A stretch of 64,000 bases of DNA from positions 434,001 through 498,000 of the forward strand of contig NOWV01000010.1 in assembly GCA_003344405.1 (NCBI GenBank), written 5' to 3'. This stretch comes from Trichoplax sp. H2 (Eukaryota). Within the stretch, counting starts at the first letter, position 1. Each line of letters opens with the position of its first letter. The notes beneath the pieces are model-generated. The model saw nothing but the letters and a program-made list of their open reading frames with translations, was not told the origin of the DNA and did not search any database. This document shows positions 1-10,900 of this stretch, one piece after another. The translations under genes and the position numbers were made by a program.

Positions 1-360
1 ATTCGTTTTACATGAAGAAATCTTGAGGTAAAAAGTACTGTAAGAATCTTATACTGACCTATTGAAATGAACCCATAATCACAGTCATCTAACAGTAGTA
101 TAAATACCCCCCCCCCGCTGCTCATTTAAAAAGGTGGGTAGTGGGATTATACGGTAGCGGTAGCAAGAAACCAAAATAAAAATTGTGAAGAGATCACTAT
201 TCACCTTCAATTTATATAAGAATAGCAGTAGCAGTTCTAGTCGATTTAGTAGATGGAGTTACAATTCATGAGTATATAGATAGCATTGTATCTAATTTTA
301 GGTAGTAATAATTTCTTCTCTACTTTATGGGGCAAAAAGTCTGCCCTTAAATGTAAAGGT

Positions 361-679
361 TTAACCTTTACAGTCTTTACAAAAATAATGTCGCTCCGTT
401 CGAGCTAGGGCTGTAGCGGCAGAGATGATACTACTTGATCACTCGATCGACAACACTTTACGTGTCAAACTGATATCCAAAAGACTGTAGTAAACGGGTA
501 GAATGCATAATTTTTATTTTAACCTCTACAGTACAGTTATTTCCTCAATTTGTCCGTTTTCAACAGTCTTTGGACATCAATTTTGCACAGTGCAGTGCCT
601 AGCGGCCTGGTAAAGCAAAGGGAGACAACCATATGGTGATAACCATGACATTGTTTTTTGGAAAGGCTGTCAAAATTAA
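361..679. mobile_element. Degenerate foldback MITE flanked by TTAA (piggyBac-like non-autonomous element)
   Basis: The left end TTAA-CCTTTACAGTCTTTACAAAAATAATGTC (361-392) matches the reverse complement of GACATTGTTTTTTGGAAAGGCTGTCAAAA-TTAA (about 647-679). Inner arms 467-505 and 546-583 are also near-complementary. A TTAA target followed by CC is typical of piggyBac. Confidence 0.6.
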
Positions 680-1200
680 AAATTTTGATTGCAAACCATC
701 GGGATCAAAGTTTAAAATCTCTATTCTCATTCTTGTTAATCATCTTCATCGCAAGTTTTATTCTCCGCCATTGCACCATTCCATAAAGTAAAGCTACACC
801 GCCATACTATCAAGTGCGTCTAACCATAATACTTCTAGGCCCAGCTGGTGGTTTATACGAATTTGGCCGCGAGTATTTTTTTTTTAAGGACAAGTTTTTA
901 GTCTGAGGACATGGCCATAACATATTATGTATATTTTATACACGTGACCTTTATTACCATCACAGTGGAGTACTTAACTGTACAATGCAGTATTCGCCAT
1001 ATTACACCTATAGGTGTTAATAATCGAACTCTCACTAATTTTTTCCCCCACAGAGGTGTCTGGAGTTTTCTTCACTTTAGAAGTAATCTCTGGCCTTCGC
1101 GAGATCCGTAGTGTTGGAAGCAGAGACAGAGCGGATCTCCTTCATTGACTTATAACTAGTCGAATCGTTAGTATTAGCAGTATTAACTGAGTCCTAAATC

Positions 1201-4200
1201 ATGTTGAAGCAATTACTCTTTGTTACACTCTTAGTTTTTACCCTGGCTAAATCAAGAGCGGATGGTAAGATTAAATTGAATTTTAAAAGTTTCTGCAAGC
1301 CCATGCAATCTGACAGAATTTACAATTTAACGTAATAATTAGATATCCCTATTATGGAATCTACACCCAGTATTGTTGGGTACTGCTGCTGCAGTTGATC
1401 TGATCAACGTAGGCAAATTGTCTAATCCACGTTTTAGATTACAATTTCCCATTTTCAAGATTATCTAATGATAACAAAATCCGATCTAAAATGGAAGCCA
1501 CAAAACAAAGTTGAATTACACTATCTTTAGCTTTCATTGCTAACTTAACACTAAACATTGTATAAATCTTTTTCACCGATGCCTTACTGAATTTCAGTAC
1601 AGAAACAGTCTTCGAAAAGATTGTATTAACATTAAATGATGCCATTTTTATTATACTCTTTAGAACAGGCGTGTGACTTGTTGAGGTATGGCTCAACTAT
1701 AAATTGGTGATGTAGTATTCACAATCAAGCGAGACCAGATCATCATATAAATAAAATAGGATAAATGCCATAAAACATCCGATGCTATTTAAATGTAGCT
1801 TATAGAGCTGCAATTCGACTAAATGAACGGGAAGCTAGTGCTATTTTCTAACTTAGAATTCAGTGGTAAATCTATGTACACTCCATACGGTAGATATTTT
1901 CACTCACTCAGCCGTAGCACAAGGAATGCACCCAAAATAATAGCAAGACGAAAGCCAAAGCGGATAACAAATATTAATAACTTATTCCTGTCATTAATTG
2001 CTGTTTTTATACATTCTAACAATCTTAGTCTTGGATATATTTGGGGCTGTACTATAAGAGGTTGTATGGCTGCATGCACTACTAGATGCACCAGATGTAG
2101 GTATACAATATCTAGAAGTTCATGATTATGATATAAAAATCATTACAGGAGTGAGAATTAGTTAAAGGTATAATAATTCATCGATCCATTCAATACTGGT
2201 ATTGCAATCCTGTCCAAGATTTACAGAAGAAAGTTTATAAACTAGAAATTAATTATGCAATTGATTAAAGTTGCATAAGCGTATATGGCTAATCTATCAC
2301 GATATTGATGATAAATCATTCCGTTCTTGATAACAAGTACTGCTGCTGTTTAGATAGATCGTAGAGCTATTAAAATTATGAATTAGGATAGACTAATTTC
2401 GTTATAAATACTAATTCTTAAAGCATTAAAGCGTTTGAATTTTGTGTAAAATAAGTGCAGTCCCGTTCCTATGTCGCAGTAGATTGCGTGAAAATCGTCA
2501 ATTATTACTAGTATAGGCTAGGGATAAACCGTTTCGAAATATAAAATTGAATAAGTGCAAATTATCCTATACATTTTTTATCCAGAGAAATTATGATTAT
2601 AGGTATTCAATAATATCTAGTTTCCATACATGAGCATTACTATTTACTTATCCATTAGCTGCAGATCTTTAAAGTAGCTGCTACTACTATACAACTACTG
2701 GTACATTACTATTGATAATTGATTAATTAATTAATTAGTACATGTATCATCTCGTATGATTCACTCAAATGACACTGTTAACCATTAATCGTAAAAACCT
2801 ATCACCACTAACTTTTCTCCGTAATAGTTAACTATTAAAGAATTTACCCCCCCCCCTTACATTGATATTTCTATAATGTACGTTATTCGGGCTTTCTTTC
2901 AATATCTACTTTGCAATAATGCAAAAAGTAGGAGTATTAATTTCAATTAGTAATGTTACTGGCTAAATATGTTCTCCACAAATTCTACTTAATGGCAGAA
3001 ACTTGCGATCCCGACCAGAAACTAGGGTGCTATTCAAATACCGGACCATGGAGTGGATCTNNNNNNNNNNNNNNNNNNNNTGTGTAAAATAAGTGCAGTC
3101 CCGTTCCTATGTCGAAGTAGATTGCGTGAAAATCGTCAATTATTACTAGTATAGGCTAGGGATAAACCGTTTCGAAATATAAAATTGAATAAGTGCAAAT
3201 TATCCTATACATTTTTTATCTAGAGAAATTATGATTATAGGTATTCAATAATATCTAGTTTCCATACATGAGCATTACTATTTACTTATCCATTAGCTGC
3301 AGATCTTTAAAGTAGCTGCTACTACTATACAACTACTGGTACATTACTATTGATAATTGATTAATTAATTAATTAGTACGTGTATCATCTCGTATGATTC
3401 ACTCAAATGGTACTGTTAACCGTTAATCATGAAAATCTATCACCACCATCTGATCATTTATTTCTCATTATCATTCTTTAATATTCTATTATTTATCGAC
3501 AAATTCTTATTTGGGAATATATTCATAGCATGCATAGTATCACCCTAACTTTTCTCCGTAATAGTTAATTATTAAAGAATTTACCCCCCCCCCCCCTTAC
3601 ATTGATATTTCTATAATGTACGTTATTCGGGCTTTCTTTCAATATCTACTTTGTAATAATGCAAAAAGTAGGAGTATTAATTTCAATTAGTAATGTTACT
3701 GGCTAAATATGTTCTCCACAAATTCTACTTAATGGCAGAAACTTGCGATCCCGACCAGAAACTAGGGTGCTATTCAAATACCGGACCATGGAGTGGATCT
3801 GATCTCCCTCAGTCATCTACTAAGATTGGAACCAAATTCTATCTATATACCTGTAAATGCAATACCTCTCACACTCTCGATTACAATAATCCAGCTTCTA
3901 TCTCTAATTCTTCTTTCAATGGCAACATCGACACCAAAATTATCATCCACGGATTCAGCAGTAGTTCCTCAGAAGTGTGGGTACATAAAATGAAGGATGC
4001 CTTCTTGACTAAGGGTTGTTTCAATGTTATCCTCGTTGACTGGAGGAAAGGTGCCGAGTCTATGGGGAATGATTTTTTTATTTACTTTCAACCTGTCGCT
4101 AACACCCGTGTTGTTGGAGACCAAATCGCAGAATTGGTTAAAGCTTTGCCAACTAGCAAGAGCAGAATTCACCTTATCGGTCACAGTTTAGGTGCTCATG

Positions 4201-5406
4201 TTTCCAGTTTTGCCAGTAAGTTGAAAATTAAATCAATCAAAATTAACGACTTTTCAATCTATTGCAGTCAGTTTAGTGTCCTGTGTACATTTATTGATAC
4301 AGCCTATTTAGAGTTAATTGACTTTATATTAACAGAATATTATTACAATACTCATAAATAGGCGTTCGACTTAATAAAGCTGCGCGTATCAGTGGTCTCG
4401 ACCCCGCTGGTCCAAAGTTCGTAGGGCTAGCTAATGCTGTTAAATTAGATAAGACTGATGCCGACTTTGTCGACATTATCCATAGCGACGCCGGAGCTTT
4501 CGGCACTACAGAGCCGTCCGGTCATCTTGATTTCTGGCCAAATAATGGTGTAGATCAACCCCAATGTAATCTATTCGATGATGCAGGGCTTGCCTGCGAT
4601 CATAGTGCTTCGCACGTATATTACACAGAATCTATCAATTCTGATTGCAATTTTGTTGCTAGACCTTGCTGTAGCTATGGTAAATACAAATCTGGCGGTT
4701 GCACTAATTGCTTCTATAAATATTGTCCAGTCATGGGTTACAGAGCTATAGAATTCAAGAAATACTACTTCTACGGCTACGAAAAATACACACTCTTCCT
4801 TACCACCAACGAGGAGTCGCCATACTGCGGTAGGTATTACCATCGAATAACGCTTAGTTAGTAAGCTTCCTAACTATTAACTAAGCTTATTAACGTTGAC
4901 TATGTTTATCGACTGTTGCCTACGTAATGATGATGATTGCTAGACTACGGAACTGTAAGAAATACCTACTGCATTTTCGTTAGATCTACTATATTTGTTA
5001 CTATCTTAATTAGTCGGCTAATATTGGAAATTCATTACATCTAAGGTGCTGTAGTTACTCCAACTTACTAATATTATGCGACTACAATCCAATGTAATCT
5101 TACCTCAAGGAATGCATTCTACGTCGAAAACGGGCAATGTTGCGATACTATCAAGCTACAATATTTTAACATACGCTTAGTCGAAATTTCTTGTTATTTG
5201 CATTACTTTGTTCAGTATTAAGTTATCATACGATAACACACGATAAGATATAAATATTACCTCACAAGGATCATAGTACAGTACTACTAGTAGTTTATGT
5301 CTATATAAACTAATCATCAAACCTAAGGTTGGTTCTCCTTAATTTGACATTATAAAATATTCTTATTGTAGCTGGCAATAAACCCGGCAAGCGGTGGTGG
5401 AATTAA
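1201..5406 (+). CDS. Secreted pancreatic-lipase-family protein, paralog 1 (short lid and short beta9 loop, phospholipase A1-like; no PLAT domain)
   Basis: GT-AG exons with matching phases: 1201-1264 (signal peptide MLKQLLFVTLLVFTLAKSRAD), 3739-4215 (IIIHGF, VDW, GHSLG nucleophile), 4362-4829 (ISGLDPAG catalytic Asp, FVDIIHSD, GHLDFWPN, CDH catalytic His), 5372-5406 (GNKPGKRWWN stop). Confidence 0.9.
2443..3800. repeat. Near-identical duplication across an assembly gap (2443-3060 vs 3081-3800), probable uncollapsed haplotype
   Basis: Sequence on both sides of the 20-N gap (3061-3080) is the same apart from SNPs and an indel of about 100 bp (3449-3546). The first copy carries a truncated start of lipase exon 2. 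Confidence 0.85.
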
Positions 5407-8052
5407 TTGATGGTCTAATATTAGAGGCAGAAGATCCTAAAATATAGTACGTAAGTAGATGCAACTAAATTCACGTCTTAAATTCGCGGAATTTAATGCA
5501 ATCTCTTTTGTATTGTATCGATATCGAAAAATAATCTAATTAATAGCAAACTATTGTAGTTGTAGATTGGTGTATCATACGACAATTTTTAGACTATTGT
5601 ATATTGTACAGAGTTTTCTTTTAGAAATTATTCTAGCTATACATAATTCAAAAATATCATAACTTGCAATGCATATATCTAATTGTAACTTTTATGAACA
5701 TGTAGAATAAATATACCAAAACAATGGTTATAGTTACACCAAGACTTTTAAACTAAGTTTAGCTGATGCTAAATATTATGCTATGCTACAGCAATAATCT
5801 AAAGATATTACAATCTACTTTCTGAATTGCATATTTATGTCATGGAAGCTTGTTAAACCAACTAAATTAACATATACATCATGATTACAGAGATATTTTC
5901 CTTTCTCTGTTTGATTAGACACCTCAGCTCTGATGGTATCTTGAACTTGCCATCGTATTATTGATTATTATAACTAGTAGATTATGTTAGAATCTGAAGT
6001 AGTATGATTAAAATGAGTGAGATTAATAATTAATTATAATTGACGAATACATGGTTGAAAATTTGTGCAGTATAGTATTAATATGTTGGTATATATGAAA
6101 AAAAACTGCCTATTAGTCTAAAGTGCGTTGTAAGTAGCCAGCTAATCATTTTAATATCGTTGTAGTATTATTTATGCCGTAATGTACTGATCTAGCTGAA
6201 ATTAAAATGACTTTGGGAATGAAAATTATCGCCAGTTTTCTATGTTAAGTAAGAGTCCTTGATCTTGTCAGTTATCGTAGTATGATCCTATCATTATACC
6301 TACCATTTCGACATAAATCTACCTTTGCATAATTTTATAGTTGTCTGAGTACCATAATGCTACTGCACAATAAATCATATCTACAGAATTATAAGCTGCT
6401 TTGTTAGTTCTTTAAATCATCAATACAGATGCTAATGCACTAAAGCAATTTTGTTGTTGGAAAAGACTGTAAGGGGTATTGCATTATTATGAATTTGAAT
6501 GCTCGACACAGTGATATCATGAATACTTTGTCTAATAACATGCTGGCTTATTCGTAATAATCGAAAAAGAATTAAACTATTATGAAATATTTCGTACACG
6601 ACAGCCTTCATCATCATGAACATCTCTTCTAACATGTCACATTGAAATTAATTCTAGTAGAACAGAAAAATTCGAATAGATTACCCTCTCTGATTTAGAA
6701 CCAGGAAGAAAATTTTCTTTTAGTGCCTACTTAGTTGGTTGAGTCTCTTAAGTAAGAAAAAAAATCGAATAATGTAAGACTCTAATATCGAAATCATCAC
6801 GTAAAACTATCAAATTTTAATAATAATAATGAAAGATAAAATTGCTTATAGAAATCTTAAACGATTGTCAAATGCCGCCTTTTCCAACTCCCTCGTATCT
6901 CTATAATTTTCTATTATAAATTGTGACAACATCGTACATTATTTTGCTTGTAAATGCAGAAACATTTTCAGCTACGTATGCGATCATGTAATAGGAATCA
7001 CAAATTAATGCTTAATTTTAAAATTCGATACTAACCTTCATATCTACATTCAATCTAACTTACAGAAGGTACTTTAAAGTCTATCCTAATTTCAATGAAT
7101 GGGGGCGTACATTATATATTTCGCTTCATATTTTCTAATTAAGGTTGGAGCTCTCACTTAATATTGATATTACTCGTATAATAGTTATTCAGTAATGCAC
7201 CTGAAAGACTGATAAACCCTCAGATATTACTCTTTATAAACTAACATTACAAAACTTTCCTTAAAGTACTAGTTTCAACTACCGTATCTTAATACATCCA
7301 TTAAAACTATAGAATATTATACCAATATACATATTATTAGCTTTAATCTACTTTGATACGCTTGCAATTAATTATTTCGATGTATAAAGATTAGATGCCT
7401 AATTTGACTCGCTATAAGGACAGGTTAAAGACTTTACCACTATTTTTCCTAGATACTGTATAATGGGATCGTTTAAGTGATGTCTATGTAATCATTGTTC
7501 CACTTATTTTATAAATAAGCGAATAAGTAAAAGTCAAACTTATCAGAAACATTAAATCTGGAATGATGATCACGGTACTTATTGCTACACTAGAATGTCA
7601 ATATTTTTACTTTTAGATATTTATCTATGCGCAATTTTAGTGTGCAATGATGAATTATAAAGGATGCAAATTAGCATCAAAATTGTAGTTCTATTAAATA
7701 TTAAGAATTCTAGGTTAATCGCCTGATAAATAGTGATGAACCTTGTTTAGTTATGATAAACGTCATCGTTAGTTTGAAATTTATCAATTCAGGTATATCT
7801 TTGTATTAGCAAGCAGAACTGCTAGTCAATCTTAAAAGATAAAAGCATATTTTCAGTCATCAACATGATTTACATAATAAAATTGATTTACTTTGCGCAT
7901 AAGGTTAACGAGGTTCAAATAGATTAATAGAAGAGATCGTTTAATCTAGTATACATAGTGGAAATCTCTATGCTAAAAAATAGCCCAAATATTTATTGTG
8001 TACTGCGTTTAATGTAGTACTAGTCCTATCTAGAGGTTCACATAGTAATCGA

Positions 8053-9627
8053 TATAATCTCGTTTTTGGCCTATATCATTATAATAGTTAATTGAAACAT
8101 AGGCAAAAGATGCTGAATCTACTTTCTATCCCAGCATTGCGTGAAAATCTGCTCGCATTGATTTGTATTAATAATGAATTTATTCAAGAAAGGTATCTGT
8201 GACTTACTGGTGCATAGCGGTGTACAAGCTACAAATTAATTTATTCGAAGAGGGGTGGAGTCGGGGGTCGAGAGGGGAGAGGGTGGGTGGACGGGAACTC
8301 GGAGGTAGTAATAAATTTTTTACGGGTCAAGGTTTGGAACGAGGGATAACGGGTAGAAGTTTTGGGACTTTTAGGGAATCTAGGCCGTAGTTGCGATCAA
8401 TGAGTATCATAACGATATACATTATGGTCTACTAAAATTACTAAAATGGTATTTTATTAGTCCATATATATGCGTATACGTGAAATGCTAAAGCTCATTA
8501 GCGTGTCTAGCTAAGACTATAGCCACGTGCTTTAAATCTACCAGCGGGCTAAGCGCTATAATCTCGTTTTTGGCCTATGTCATTACAATAGTTAATAGAA
8601 ACATAAGCAAAAGATGCTGAATCTACTTTCTATCCCGGCATTTCGTGAAAATCTGCTCGCATTGATTTGTATTAATAATGAATTTATTCAAGAAAGGCAT
8701 CTGTGACTTACTCGTTCATAGCGGTGTACAAGTGCTACGGTGTTGCCTTGTCAGTAGGATACTTTAATAAGTACAGTAGTAGCTAGTATGGAGAATGTCC
8801 ATATTTGTAGTGCTAGGTAAGATAAGTAATGCCTTAACGTGGATGTTGTTTGTAATAGTTCATTACATATTTGATATTGATTGTTATTGTGTGATAGATA
8901 GCAGTAAGATGATTCAAGTTCTAGTTGATGATAGTTGAATTAGACAACCTACGAGCTTGGATTAAGATTAAGTATGAGTAAGAGATTCAAAATATTTACT
9001 GATCGAAAAGCTATGTAAGGAACATCTCAGTTCGAGATGTTTCTCCTAATAAGGTATAATAATAATACTGTCGTTGTTTACAAATTAGACGGTTCCTATA
9101 TAAACGGGAATATTTGAATTGAGTGGTGTGGTAAAAAGTTGTAGGTGTATCTTTGCTAATAAAAGTTTCATCTTTACAGTATTTTGCTATGTGTATTTAA
9201 CGTTAAGTAAAAGGGCGTTTAAGTCAGTAGCTGCTTATAGACTTTTACTGTACGTTACCTTGTCGCAGAAGTGAAATTGTGACAACAAGCTACAAATTAA
9301 TTTATTCGAAGAGGGGTGGAGTCGGGGGTCGAGGGGGGGGGGAGAGAGGGTGGATGGACGGGAACTCGGAGGTAGTAATAAATTTTTGACGTATCAAGGT
9401 TTGGAACGAGGGATAACGGGTAGAAGTTTTGGGACTTTTAGGGAATCTAGACCGACCGTAGTTGCGATTAAATTGAGTATCATAACGATATACATTATAG
9501 TCTACTAATATTACTATAATGGTATTTTATTAGTCCATATATATGCGTATACGTGAAATGCTAAAGCTCATTACAGTATCTAGCTAAGACTATAGCCACG
9601 TGCTTTAAATCTACCAGCGAGCTAAGC
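8053..9627. repeat. Tandem duplication of a unit of about 500 bp (8053-8556 and 8557-9627); the second copy is interrupted by a solo LTR
   Basis: Both copies start TATAATCTCGTTTTTGGCCTAT and end TTTAAATCTACCAGCG(G/A)GCTAAGC. Both contain the same G-rich tract (about 8250-8296 and 9311-9362). Confidence 0.9.
8733..9284 (+). mobile_element. Solo LTR of an LTR retrotransposon (552 bp)
   Basis: Starts TG(CTAC) and ends (GTGA)CA, flanked by a perfect 5-bp duplication ACAAG (8728-8732, 9285-9289). The empty site GGTGTACAAGCTACAAATT is present in the upstream duplicate (about 8219-8237). Internal TATATAAA at 9097-9104 is followed by AATAAA at 9158-9163. No long TIRs. Confidence 0.8.
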
Positions 9628-10816
9628 ATCTAGTATGGCAGTTAAATGAAAAGCAGCTGCGTAACTAAAATTAACGAAAACACCGTTGGACACTGCTAAC
9701 CGCTATTCATCTTCATAAGGAATACATACATAGTGCCTTTAAGTGCTTTACCGCTATAATCCCGTAAGAAATTAAATTAACAATTCGTATTTCATACGGT
9801 ATACTTTAAATTGACAATATTTGCTCACGAATTCAATGTTAAAAGTGAAATTATAATTGCCGCGTTTGGCCGAAATGAAATCATTTTCTATAGCAGTTTA
9901 TGGGCTGTAGTATGCTGTACAGTACAAGAAATGGATTTATATGGAATTTCATCGTAGAGATTGTTTCATCCTGTAATTTTTAGTAGTCCATGGATACAGT
10001 TTATCTCTAATATGATGAACATAACTATGATCAACCTTAATTAATCTATTTCATGCAGCTATAATTCTAACATAATATATTGAGGATTTTTTAACGTTTT
10101 TTAAAGCGATTTATCTCATATACTTGTGTGTTAGACAGAGTCAAAGCATTTTAATTGTTTCTCAAATCCCTTCAATGCTGTACAATCAATACACTTAATT
10201 CTTGATATAACCTATAAATATCGACTTCAACTATGAAAAGGTCACTATGTCGATAAAAAATTCTAAATCAGATAGTAAATATACCACTGAAAGTATATCC
10301 ACTCTATCTAGGCAAAGCTTAAACAATGATGAGAAGGACTAAATCTACAATAACGGAACTTGAATTACTAATCTGTTTGAACATGATTAATAATTGTATT
10401 CCGATAGTTTTTGCATAATAATCATGGTATGATGTAAGTTGAAATATCTAACTATCATAACAATATTGATAATACATTGCATGAATTATGTGTTGTTTAT
10501 CTACTACTCTTGATAAACATAACTGTTTCCAATTTAGCTTATTTTGATTTGTTCGTGCATCTACTTAATTTTACAATGGCCTCTTTTCCTCGTTTACTGT
10601 AGATTAAATGATTTACAAATATTATGGCTATACTGAATCCTTAACAAGACTAAGGTCAAATCAAGCTAATCCAATTAGTATCTCCAATACTAAATCAATA
10701 AAGAAAAAAAGCATTTGAATTCGCTTGTGTCAATAAATACGACAAGAAAATGATTGTGTAGTATGATCTCTTCCAAATATATTATGATTATCAGGATCAT
10801 CATGTGATAGCGATGG

Positions 10817-10823
10817 TATAAAA
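10817..10823 (+). promoter_or_regulatory. Candidate TATA box of lipase paralog 2
   Basis: TATAAAA begins 84 bp upstream of the ATG at 10901. Confidence 0.45.
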
Positions 10824-10900
10824 GTAACAGATAATCTCGTCGAAGATCACTTACTAGTTGTTAGCGGAGCTGAAAAAGTTAGCATCAAGTTAGATCAAAA

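Noticed and set aside
37..156. Small pogo-like MITE (TACTGTA...TACGGTA ends)
   Set aside because: The terminal match is short and degenerate, and there is no second copy in the window to confirm it.
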